Assembly: GCA_963823555.1 (NCBI GenBank)
Contig: CAWGMA010000002.1
Location: 512,001 to 576,000 of the forward strand
Origin: Candidatus Eiseniibacteriota bacterium
GTDB lineage: Bacteria; Eisenbacteria; RBG-16-71-46; CAVPCR01
Length of the DNA stretch: 64,000 nt
Direction of reading: 5' to 3'
The translations under genes were made by a program, and so were the position numbers. How positions within the stretch are numbered: the first letter of the stretch is position 1; every line of letters starts with the position of its first letter. Positions 28,430 through 39,010 of the stretch are shown here, piece after piece. The notes beneath the pieces are model-generated. The model saw nothing but the letters and a program-made list of their open reading frames with translations, ran no database searches and was not told the origin of the DNA.

Positions 28430-29782
28430 TTGCACATTGTCATCGTCGGCGGCGGGCTCGTGGGTTCCACGCTCTCTTCGCGGTTGTCCCGTGATGGGCA
28501 CGATGTCGTGCTCATCGAGGAGAACACGCGCCGGGCTCGTGAGCTCTCCGAGTCGCTCGACACCCGCGTCATCGAGGGCAGCGGGGCCACCGCCGAGAGG
28601 CTGCGCCAGGCCGATGCGAAGAAGGCCGGTCTCGTCGTCGCCACCACCGACCACGACGAAGTGAATCTCGTGGTCGGGTTGCTCGCGGCCAGCCTCTTCG
28701 AGGTCCCGACCATCGTCATCCGCATCCGCGAGAGCGAGAACGAGGAGGCCTTCGCCGCGCTTGCGCGCCAGCATCCCGGGCGGCGCCTGATCTGCGTCAA
28801 CCCCGGGGCCGCCGCCGTCGACCGCATCTGCGCCCTCCTCGAGGTGCCCGGGGCGCTCGACGTCGTCTCATTCCTCGACGGGGAAGTGTTCGTGGCCGGC
28901 TTCCGCATCAGCCCCGACTCGGACTTCGCCGGCTTTCCCGTCTCGCACATGCATCTGCTCTTCGCCAACACCCCGACCCTCGTCGTCGCCATCCAGCGCC
29001 GCGACGAGTGGATCATCCCGCATGGGGCCGAGCAGATGCTCGCCGGTGATGTCGCCTATTTCGTGATCGCGCGCAATCAGCTCGACAACGTGCTGACGCT
29101 CGTCGGCGCGCCGCGCGAGGCCCGCCACCGGGTGATGATCGCCGGCGCCTCGCCGGTGGGGATCCAGCTCGCGAAGCGGCTCGAGTCGCGAGAGATGCAG
29201 GTCATCCTCGTCGAGGAGAGCGCCGAGCTGGCTCGGGAAGCCGCCGACGTGCTCGGTGACACGCTCGTCGTTCACGGCGCCGTGACCGACCAGGCCATCC
29301 TCGAGGAAGAGGAGATCGAGCGCATCTCCACGTTCGTCGCCGTGACCGCCGATCACGAGACCAATCTCGTGGCCGGGCTCCTCGCCAAGCAGTTCGGCGC
29401 GCATCGGGCGTTCGCGCTCGTCGACAATCCGGCCCTCGCTCATCTCGTCGCCGAGATCGGCATCGACGCCATCATCAGCCCGCGTCTCCTGGCGGTGAGC
29501 CTCGCCATGCAGCACATCCGCGGCGGTCGCGTGCGCTCGGTGGCCGCGCTCCTGGAGGAGGAGATCGAGGTCGTCGAGGCCGAGGTCGCCGCCGGGGCGC
29601 GGCTCACGGCGCGGAATCTGGCCCAGCTCGACCTGCCGCGCGGCCTCCTCGTCGCGGCTCTGCGTCGTGGCGGGCGCATCCTGGTCCCGCGTGGTGGCGA
29701 CCGCGTGGAAGCCGGCGATGAGGTGCTCCTGATCGCCGATGTCGATCGCGTGCCGAAGATCGCATCCTTTCTCACCGCCTGA
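28430..29782 (+). CDS. trkA: Trk system potassium uptake regulatory subunit
   Basis: Two RCK_N/RCK_C pairs; IVIVGGGLVG, ATTDHDEVN, VTADHETN, IDAIISPR; GGAGGAGG RBS before TTG. Confidence 0.93.
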   Translation: MHIVIVGGGLVGSTLSSRLSRDGHDVVLIEENTRRARELSESLDTRVIEGSGATAERLRQADAKKAGLVVATTDHDEVNLVVGLLAASLFEVPTIVIRIRESENEEAFAALARQHPGRRLICVNPGAAAVDRICALLEVPGALDVVSFLDGEVFVAGFRISPDSDFAGFPVSHMHLLFANTPTLVVAIQRRDEWIIPHGAEQMLAGDVAYFVIARNQLDNVLTLVGAPREARHRVMIAGASPVGIQLAKRLESREMQVILVEESAELAREAADVLGDTLVVHGAVTDQAILEEEEIERISTFVAVTADHETNLVAGLLAKQFGAHRAFALVDNPALAHLVAEIGIDAIISPRLLAVSLAMQHIRGGRVRSVAALLEEEIEVVEAEVAAGARLTARNLAQLDLPRGLLVAALRRGGRILVPRGGDRVEAGDEVLLIADVDRVPKIASFLTA

Positions 29783-29799
29783 CGGGGGAAGACCGCGGC

Positions 29800-31236
29800 G
29801 TGAATCTACGGCTCGACCTGCGAATCCTCGGCTGGCTCCTCGTCCTCCTCGGCATCTTCCAGCTGGTGCCCGCGGTGGCGGCGGTCATCTACCGGGAGTC
29901 CGTTCTGCCCTACCTCGCGAGTGCTTTGACCTCGGGGATCTCGGGGGCGGTCCTCGTCGTCGCCGTGCGCGCCCCCTCGACCACGCTCCGGCCGCGCGAC
30001 GGGTTCGTGGTCGTCGCCAGTGCCTGGTTCATCGCCTCGCTCTTCGGCGCCATTCCCTACACCGCCACCGGGGTGCTCGGTCCGGTGGATGCCATCTTCG
30101 AATCGGTGTCGGGGTTCACCACCACCGGCTCGACCGTGATGACCCGGATCGAGGGCAGTCCGCACGCGCTCCTCCTCTGGCGCTCCTTCACCCAGTGGCT
30201 CGGCGGGATGGGGATCATCCTCTTCACGATCGCCATCATGCCGATTCTCGGCATCGGTGGCATGCAGCTCTTCAAGGCCGAGGTGCCGGGACCGGTCGCC
30301 GACAAGCTGACTCCGCGTCTGGCCGAGACCGCGCGCCACCTGTGGATGGTCTATGTCGGGTTCACCACCGCCGAGTGCCTCGCGCTCCGTGTCGCCGGCA
30401 TGAGCTGGTTCGACGCGCTCTGCCATTCCTTCACCACGCTCGCCACCGGTGGGTTCTCGCCGCGCGACGCCTCGGTGGGGGCCTATGCCTCGCCCGCGAT
30501 CGAGTGGATCGTGAGCCTCTTCATGCTGATCGCCGCCATCAACTTCGTGCTCCACTACCGGCTGTTGCAGGGCCGTTGGCGCGATGTGCTCCGCGATGCC
30601 GAGCTCCGCTATTTCCTGCTCGTGATCGCAGTAGCTTGCGTCATCCTCCTCGTCGTGGTGCCGTGGGGCGGAATCGGGGCGGAACCGGCGCTCCGCACCG
30701 TCGTCTTCCAGGTGATCTCGATCGTGACGACCACGGGGTACGGCACGGCCGATTTCGAGTACTGGCCGAGCCTCGCCCAGCTCGTCCTCCTGCAGCTCAT
30801 GATCCTGGGCGGCATGGCGGGATCGACCGGGGGCGGCATCAAGAGCTTGAGGGCGCTCCTCGGGATCCGGGCTCTCATCTCGGTGGTGGGTCGGCTCCTC
30901 CATCCGCACGCCGTCGTCCCCATCAAGTACGCGGGGCGCGCCGTGCCGGCCGGGGTGCTGGCCGGAGTCTGGGCCTTCCTCACCGCCTACTTCGCGATCG
31001 CGCTGGTGGCGGCCGCCGTCACCGCCGCCGCCGGCTACGACCTCGTCACCGCCTTCTCGGCGTCGCTCACCGCGCTCAGCAACGTGGGTCCGGGGCTCGG
31101 GGAGATCGGCCCCGCCGAGAACTTCGCTCATTTCCCGCCGGCGGTGAAGCTCGTGCTCGCCCTCGCCATGCTCGCCGGCCGGCTCGAGATCTTCACCCTC
31201 CTCGTGCTCGTGCTGCCGGCGTTCTGGCGGCGCTAG
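29800..31236 (+). CDS. trkH: Trk system potassium uptake membrane protein
   Basis: FESVSGFTTTGST, QWLGGMGII, ATGGFS, TTTGYG, GSTGGGIK, NVGPGLG, MLAGRLEI. Confidence 0.95.
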   Translation: MNLRLDLRILGWLLVLLGIFQLVPAVAAVIYRESVLPYLASALTSGISGAVLVVAVRAPSTTLRPRDGFVVVASAWFIASLFGAIPYTATGVLGPVDAIFESVSGFTTTGSTVMTRIEGSPHALLLWRSFTQWLGGMGIILFTIAIMPILGIGGMQLFKAEVPGPVADKLTPRLAETARHLWMVYVGFTTAECLALRVAGMSWFDALCHSFTTLATGGFSPRDASVGAYASPAIEWIVSLFMLIAAINFVLHYRLLQGRWRDVLRDAELRYFLLVIAVACVILLVVVPWGGIGAEPALRTVVFQVISIVTTTGYGTADFEYWPSLAQLVLLQLMILGGMAGSTGGGIKSLRALLGIRALISVVGRLLHPHAVVPIKYAGRAVPAGVLAGVWAFLTAYFAIALVAAAVTAAAGYDLVTAFSASLTALSNVGPGLGEIGPAENFAHFPPAVKLVLALAMLAGRLEIFTLLVLVLPAFWRR

Positions 31237-32324
31237 CGCCGGTTCTGCCTGAAGGCGCGCGCCGTGAGCACGGCGAGCGTGATCGCGGTCAGGGGCAGGA
31301 CGAAGAGGAGCATCGCCGACGAGAAGATGGGAAGCGCATCGTGGCGCGCTGTGGCGAGGACGAGGTAGAGGACATAGGCGCCGTAGTAGCCGAGAAAGAC
31401 GATGCCCTCCCAGCGCGCGATCGTGTAGCCGGTGTAGAAGATGGGGAGGCTGGCCACCGAGGCCGCCACCAGCGCCGGGATGTCGAAGGCGATGAGCGAG
31501 GGGGCCACGGTGAGCCCGCCGGGGGAGAAGAGGCTCGCCAGGCCGAGGATGGCGAGCACGTTGTAGATCGAGCTCCCGATCACGTTCCCGATCGCGATGT
31601 CGCGCTCGCCGCGCACGGTCGCGAGGATCGAGGTCGCCGCTTCCGGGAGCGAGGTGCCGGCGGCGACGATGGTGAGACCGATCACGACCTCGCTCACGCC
31701 GATCGCGCGCGCCACCGAGACTGCGCCGGCGACGAGCCAGTCCGCCCCGAGGACGAGGAGCGCGAGACCGGCGAGGACGAAGAAGATCTGGCGCGCGATC
31801 GCGCCCGCGCCCTCGGGCCTGAGCTTCGCGGCGGCGAACTCCTGCGCGTACTCGTCCTGGATCGCCGCCTTTTCCCGCCGGCCCTGCCGCACCACCCACA
31901 CCGTGTAGGCGACGAGGCCGAGGGTCATGATCGAACCCTCGATGAGGCCGAGCTTGCCGTTGGCGGTGAGCGGGATCAGGGCCAGCGCGCAGGCGATCAT
32001 GATCGGCACGTCCTGGCGCACCACCTGCGCCGAGACCGTGAGCGGGGCCAGGATCGCGCTCAGGCCGAGCACGAAGAGCAGGTTCATGATGTTGCTGCCG
32101 ACGACGTTGGCGACGGCGATGTCGGCGCTGCCCTTCATCGCGGCACTCAGGCTCACCGCGAGCTCCGGCGCGCTCGTGCCGTAGGCGACGACGGTGAGCC
32201 CCACCGTGAGGGGCGAGATGCCCACGGCCGCGGCGAGGCGCGATGCCCCGCGCACGAGGGACTCGGCGCCGACGATGAGGAGGACGATGCCCCCGGCGAG
32301 CTGCGCGATCACGAACAGGTCCAT
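31233..32324 (-). CDS. Calcium/sodium antiporter, CaCA family (YrbG-like)
   Basis: Alpha repeats GLTVVAYGTSAPE...NVVGSNI and GLTIVAAGTSLPE...GNVIGSSI. Confidence 0.93.
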   Translation of the reverse strand: MDLFVIAQLAGGIVLLIVGAESLVRGASRLAAAVGISPLTVGLTVVAYGTSAPELAVSLSAAMKGSADIAVANVVGSNIMNLLFVLGLSAILAPLTVSAQVVRQDVPIMIACALALIPLTANGKLGLIEGSIMTLGLVAYTVWVVRQGRREKAAIQDEYAQEFAAAKLRPEGAGAIARQIFFVLAGLALLVLGADWLVAGAVSVARAIGVSEVVIGLTIVAAGTSLPEAATSILATVRGERDIAIGNVIGSSIYNVLAILGLASLFSPGGLTVAPSLIAFDIPALVAASVASLPIFYTGYTIARWEGIVFLGYYGAYVLYLVLATARHDALPIFSSAMLLFVLPLTAITLAVLTARAFRQNRR

Positions 32325-32421
32325 GGTCGACTCCGGTCTGGTCGCTGGAGGGGGGGCGCGCATTGTAACGCGAAGCCGTCCCGCGTGCTAAGATGCCCCG
32401 CGGTCCCGCCGCCGGCGGGAG

Positions 32422-33738
32422 ATGACCATCCCCACAGTGACGCGAGCCGTGACCAGGCCCAAGAAGATCATCGCCATCGGGGCCGGAGTGCTGCTTCTCG
32501 GCGCCCTCCTTGCCGCCAACATTCTCCGCAATCGCGAGCCCGAGCATGCGGTCGAGATGGAGCAGGTGGAGCGCCGGCCGCTGCGTGCGGTCGTGAGCGG
32601 CTCCGGCTGGATCGACCCCAGGCGCAAGGTCGAGGTGAGCGCGGCCACCCCGGGCAAGGTGGTCGAGCTCGCGGTCGACGAGGGCGACACCGTCAAGGCC
32701 GGCCAGCTCCTCCTCCGCATCGATCCCACGCCCTTCGAGAGCCAGGTCGATCAGCTGCGGGCGGCCATCGCCGCCGCAGGCGCCGAGCGCGAGGGCGCGG
32801 AAGCAACACTCGCCGAGACCACGGCCGAGCGGGAGCGCATCGAGGCCCTGGCCGCACGCGATCTGGCCTCGGCGACCGAGCTCGACCAGATCCGGCGCCG
32901 GGAGGAACGCGCGATCGCCGCCCTCGCCGCCGCCAGGGCCCGGCTCGCCCAGCAGGAGGCGCTCCTCCGTCAGGCGCGCTACGAGCTCGGCCAGGTCACG
33001 ATCGCGGCGGAGATGGCAGGCGTCATCACGCGTCTCAACATCGAGGAAGGGGAGACCGTGGTCACGGGGACCATGAACAACCCGGGCACCGTGCTCCTCA
33101 CCATCTCCGACCTCGCCACCATGGAGGCGCGGATCGACGTCGACGAGACCGATGTCGTCAACGTGAAGATCGGCCAGCCGGCGGAGGTCACGGTCGACGC
33201 CTTTCCCGATTCCATCCTCCATGGCGCCGTGACCGAGATCGGGAGCTCGGCCAAGCGCGGCCTGGGCGGGGTCGGCGAGACCTCCGCCGACTTCGAGGTC
33301 GTGGTGCGCCTCGCCGACACGCTGCCCGGTCTTCGCCCCGGTCTCTCCGCCACGGCGGACATCGTCACCGCCGTCCGCGACTCGGCGCTCTCGGTCTCGA
33401 TCGGCGCCCTCGTCTATCGCGATCCCGAGCTCGAATCGCGTCACGCCGAGAATCCCGGACGCCGCGGGCGCACACCCGCGACCGAGCGTGCGGCGGCGGA
33501 CACGGTCGATGCTTCGGGGCGCCGGGTGCGGCGGGAGACCTACGGGCTCCTCGTCGTCGAGAAGGATCGCGCCCGCTTCGTGCCGGTCACGATCGGCATC
33601 ACCGGCGAGCGGCACTTCGAGCTCACCGGAGGCATCGAGGCCGGCGCCGAGGTCGTCTCCGGGCCCTTCAAGGTGCTGCGCGAGCTCCACTCGGGCGATC
33701 GCGTGAAGCGGGCCAAGGGCGGCAAGACGGAGTCGTAG
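32422..33738 (+). CDS. Efflux periplasmic adaptor (MacA/HlyD-like membrane fusion protein)
   Basis: N-terminal TM, lipoyl-like half GKVVELAVDEGDTVKAGQLL, coiled hairpin, GTMNNPGT, VDETDV, LRPGLSA. Confidence 0.9.
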   Translation: MTIPTVTRAVTRPKKIIAIGAGVLLLGALLAANILRNREPEHAVEMEQVERRPLRAVVSGSGWIDPRRKVEVSAATPGKVVELAVDEGDTVKAGQLLLRIDPTPFESQVDQLRAAIAAAGAEREGAEATLAETTAERERIEALAARDLASATELDQIRRREERAIAALAAARARLAQQEALLRQARYELGQVTIAAEMAGVITRLNIEEGETVVTGTMNNPGTVLLTISDLATMEARIDVDETDVVNVKIGQPAEVTVDAFPDSILHGAVTEIGSSAKRGLGGVGETSADFEVVVRLADTLPGLRPGLSATADIVTAVRDSALSVSIGALVYRDPELESRHAENPGRRGRTPATERAAADTVDASGRRVRRETYGLLVVEKDRARFVPVTIGITGERHFELTGGIEAGAEVVSGPFKVLRELHSGDRVKRAKGGKTES

Positions 33739-33784
33739 GGCGGGCGCGAGGCCGCCGCTGCGCCCGATCCCGAGAGGTTTGGCG

Positions 33785-35010
33785 ATGCAGCTTGGCGAGA
33801 GCATCAAGATCGCGCTCGGTTCGCTTCGCGCCAACAAGGTGCGCACCTTCCTCACGCTCCTCGGCAACATCGTCGGCGTGGTCTCGGTGGTCGCCGTGGT
33901 CTCGATCATCGACGGCATGAACCGCTACGTCAGGGAGGAGATCGCCGACGAGGGGTCGAACGTCATCACCCTCGCGCAGCGTAACGAGCTCCAGGCGCTC
34001 AGCAACTTCGAGAAGTTCCTCGAGTCCTTGCGGAATCCGGATATCACGCTCGCCGATCGCGACGACATCAGCGAGCGGCTGGGGACCGAGCATGCGGTGG
34101 GGGCCCGGGTGGGGGCGAGAGCACCGGTGGCCTATCGCGGGCGGTCGATCGCCACGGTGCCGGTCGAGGGCTGGACGGTCGAGGTGGGCGTGATCCGGAG
34201 CCTCGAGCTCATGCAGGGGCGCTCGTTCACGCCGCTCGAGATCGACACCCGGCAGGCGGTGGCGGTCATCGGGTTCGATCTCGTCGAGAAGCTCTTCCGC
34301 GACGAGCCGCCCATCGACCGCACGATCCGGATCGGGAGGATGCACTTCCGCGTGATCGGAGCGCTTGCCGAGAAGCCGTCGGTCGCCGGCTCGAACCCCA
34401 ATCTCCGGGTGCTGATCCCGATCGGCGTGTTCCACCAGCTCTACGGGCCGCGCTTCACCTCGGTGACGGTGCCGATCCGGGTGGCCCGGGTGGAGGACAA
34501 CCCGGCGGTGATCGAGGAAGTCACCGCCGCCATGCGCATCCGGCACCGCCTGCGGCCCGATGAGCCCGATGACTTCGCCATCATCACCTCGGCCGCGCTG
34601 CTCGACCTGTGGGCCGCCATCTCGCGCTCGATCTTCACGGCGCTCATCTTCCTGGTCTCGCTCTCGCTCGTCATCGGCGGCATCGTGATCATGAACATCA
34701 TGCTGGTCTCGGTGAACGAGCGCACCCGCGAGATCGGCGTCCGGATGGCGATCGGGGCCCGGCGCGGCGACATCCTGCGGCAGTTCCTCGTCGAATCGGT
34801 GACCCTGTCGGCGACCGGCGGCGTCATCGGGGTCGCCGCCGGCTTCCTCGCCGCGGCCCTGATCGCGCGCTTCTCGCCCCTGCCCTATGCCATCAAGCCC
34901 TGGTCGATCGCCGTCAGCCTGGGGGCGACCGCCGCCGTCGGCATCTTCTTCGGACTCTATCCGGCCAGCCGCGCGGCGCGGCTCGATCCGGTGGATGCGC
35001 TCCGCCATGA

Positions 35011-35014
<4 letters not shown>
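33785..35014 (+). CDS. ABC transporter permease, MacB/FtsX family
   Basis: SLRANKVRTFLTLLG, periplasmic domain, GGIVIMNIMLVSVNERTREIGVRMAIGA, FGLYPASRAARLDPVDALR. Confidence 0.93.
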
Positions 35015-36291
<1,277 letters not shown>

Positions 36292-36322
36292 CGGCACGCG
36301 GCTCTCGCCGCTCGCCCCGCCA

Positions 36323-37570
36323 TCAGCGCCGCGAGTGCCGCATCTCGACCGCCATCGCCTTGATCTCGGTCAGGTCCCGCTGCATCTCGCTCCAGCCGTA
36401 CCACAGCGCGTAGTCCGGATTGGCGTGGAAGGTGCCCTGGAACGCCCGCATGCGGTGCTCGAGGAACATGACGAAGAGCTGCTGCTCGATCGGCGTCGGC
36501 GCGTCGTGGAAGGTGAGCAGATCGGGGAACGCTGCGGCGTAGGCCGCGGGCTTCTCGAGGAGGCCGTCCTCGTAGAGCCCGGCCACCTCACGGATCGCCT
36601 CCGCCATCAGGTGATCGGCCTCGCGGATCATCTCGTCGCCCTTCTCGAGCTCGCCGCGCGCGAAGTTCTCCGAGTGGCACTGGCTGCAGGCCGCGATCAT
36701 CTTGTCGCGCTCGTCCTGCCACGCCTCCTCGGTGAGCCGGGCGACATCGGCGGCCTTCACCACCTCGAGCCGCGCGGTCGGGTTGCCGTCCGGATCGAGG
36801 ACACCGAGCGCCTGGAGGATGGTGGCGCGGTCCGCCGCCCATTGCCTCGTCCTCGGGCAGCGGCAGGCGCACGGCGAGGAACCCCCACGCCGTGCGCACC
36901 TCGTGATTGCCGTCCTGCATGTGGCAGGTCTGGCAGGTGGGGGCGGCAGTCGTCTCGGGCAGGGTGCCGTTCTGCTTCAGGAGAGTGGCGGACGCCGTGC
37001 TTCGACGCCGAGTACATCTCCCACTGCGGGTGATCGAAGCCCATGTGGCAGGTCTGGCAGGCCTGGGGCTGCGCGCGCTTCGTCGACCGAGAAGGTGTGC
37101 CGCGTGTGGCAGGCGTCGCACGAGGCGATGCCGAACATCGAGCCGCCTGGCGCGCATGTCCTCGATCTCGACCTCGGTCTTGAGGCCGATCTTGTGGCAG
37201 CCGCCGCAGCCCTTCATGCCCTGCGGTCAGCGCCATCGGCTGCCAGTGGGTGGTCGGCATGGCCTTCATCGCCGCCCAGGCCAGCGCGTGCTTGCCGCGC
37301 TTGAACTGCTGGACCTGCGTCGTCGTGACAGGCGGCACAGGTCTCGGGAGTGGGAATCTGGACCTTGGCCACGTCCTCGGCCGACATGTGCCCGTCGCCG
37401 TGACAGGCGTCGCAGCCGACGTCGCCCTGGCTGTGCTTGCTCTGCTTCCAGTCGGAGACGATGTTCGGCGTGATCTTGGCGTGACAGTCGACGCAGTCCG
37501 CGGCCCGTGAGGTGGCAACGAGCAGGAGCGTCATCGCGGTGAGCGCGAGAGCGAGAAGACCGGTCCTCAT
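36323..37570 (-). pseudogene. Octaheme cytochrome c of the hydroxylamine oxidoreductase (HAO) family, split by about 6 frameshifts (probably sequencing errors)
   Basis: Across three frames: signal peptide, CVDCH, CDACH, CAACH, CGGCH, CDACHTRHTFS, CQTCHMGFDHPQWEMYSASKHG, CQTCH, CSQCH, then FHANPDYALWYGW; GGAGGGG RBS. Confidence 0.8.
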
Positions 37571-37736
37571 GACCATCCCCTCCACCGCCTCGAACCCTGG
37601 CACGGCGCCGGCCCGCGTCGGAGGCGGAGCGCGGGTGCGCCCTCGATTTCGAGCGCTCGTGCGGGTATGAGGAGCCCCGCTACCCGCTCATGATAGGGGG
37701 GCCGGGGTCCCCTGGCAATGGCCGGGGTGGTGCCGC

Positions 37737-38591
37737 CTAGAGCGGCGGGTGGCCGAGGGCGGGGATGATGATCTCGCGGGCGCGCGCGAGCGCCGCGCGA
37801 TTGACGGGCACCGCGTGGCCGGCGGTGTCGAGGGCAGCGATCAGCTTCTCGGTCGAGATGTTCCCCGAGGCGCCGGGTGCGTAGGGGCAGCCGCCGATGC
37901 CACCGGTCGACGAATCGAAGATGGTGATGCCCCGGGCGAGGGCGGCAAGCATGTTGGGGACCGCGTGGCCGAAGGTGTCGTGGAAGTGCATGGCCAGGCT
38001 CTCGGCCGGCACGCGAGGGAGAATGAGGTCGAGGAGTGCGGTCACCTCCTCCGGCGTCGCCTTGCCGATCGTGTCCCCGATCGACACCTCCTCGACGCCG
38101 AGGTCGAAGAGCCGGTCGATGACCTCGATCGTGTGCTCGGGGTCGGTCTTCCCCTCGTACGGGCACCAGAACGCGGTCGACACGTAGCCGCGGGCCGGGA
38201 GGCGCGCATCGAGCGCGCGCCGCATCACCGGGACGAAGCGTGCGATGGACTCGTCGATCGTGGCGTTGATGTTCTTCCGGTTGAAGGTCTCGGTGGCGGC
38301 GGTGAAGAGGGCGATACGGTCGACCTGGGTCGAAAGGGCGCGGTCGAGCCCTCTCTCGTTGGGGACGAGGGCCGAGTAGACGATCCCCGGGCGACGGGTG
38401 ATGCCGGCGAAGACCGCCTCGGCATCCGCGAGCTGCGGCACCCAGCGCGGCGAGACGAAGGCGCTCGCCTCGATCTCGCCGAGCCCCGACGCGGACAGGG
38501 CGTCGATGTAGGCGATCTTCACCGCGGTCGGGATGAGCGCCGCCTCGTTCTGCAGCCCGTCGCGCGGGCCGACCTCGACGATCCGGATCAT
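37737..38591 (-). CDS. hmgL: Hydroxymethylglutaryl-CoA lyase
   Basis: EVGPRDGLQNE, SAFVSPRWVPQLAD, SIGDTIG, HFHDTFG, GGCPYAPGASGN. Confidence 0.93.
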   Translation of the reverse strand: MIRIVEVGPRDGLQNEAALIPTAVKIAYIDALSASGLGEIEASAFVSPRWVPQLADAEAVFAGITRRPGIVYSALVPNERGLDRALSTQVDRIALFTAATETFNRKNINATIDESIARFVPVMRRALDARLPARGYVSTAFWCPYEGKTDPEHTIEVIDRLFDLGVEEVSIGDTIGKATPEEVTALLDLILPRVPAESLAMHFHDTFGHAVPNMLAALARGITIFDSSTGGIGGCPYAPGASGNISTEKLIAALDTAGHAVPVNRAALARAREIIIPALGHPPL

Positions 38592-39010
38592 CCCGCTCTG
38601 GATGCGGTCTCGGGTATCGCAGGTTCCGCGTTCGCCGCCGCTGCGGGCGGTTCGAAGAGGGTGACGAGGGTCTTCCCGAGGTCGACGAGCTCGCCCTCCT
38701 GGCAGTGAATGGCCTCGACTCGACCGGCGCGGGGCGCGGTCAGGCGATACTCCATCTTCATCGCCTCGAGGACGACGAGCACGGCGCCGGACTCGACCTC
38801 CTCGCCGGCGGCGACGCGCACCTGGATCACCTTGCCGGTCATGGGGGCGCGGATCTCATCGTGCACGGCCTCACTGCGCGAGCTCGCGCGGCGCTCCTCG
38901 GCGGCGATGAAGGTCGTGCGTCCCTCCCAGGAGATCCAGACCCCCTCGCGCGTGCGCGCCACCGCGGCGCGCTGGCGCCGGCCGTCGATATCGAGCGTGG
39001 TCCAGCTCAT
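38588..39010 (-). CDS. Biotin carboxyl carrier protein (C-terminal part of an acyl-CoA carboxylase alpha subunit)
   Basis: APMTGKV...LEAMKME biotinylation motif; ATGA overlaps with both neighbours. Confidence 0.9.
   Translation of the reverse strand: MSWTTLDIDGRRQRAAVARTREGVWISWEGRTTFIAAEERRASSRSEAVHDEIRAPMTGKVIQVRVAAGEEVESGAVLVVLEAMKMEYRLTAPRAGRVEAIHCQEGELVDLGKTLVTLFEPPAAAANAEPAIPETASRAG

Noticed and set aside
29739..33920. Very long ORFs 29739..33920 (+) and 29806..33918 (-), likewise 9525..12404 (-), 23445..25283 (+) and 51960..54236 (-)
   Set aside because: Arg/Gly/Pro-rich shadow or antisense frames of well-supported genes, expected at high GC; no motifs.
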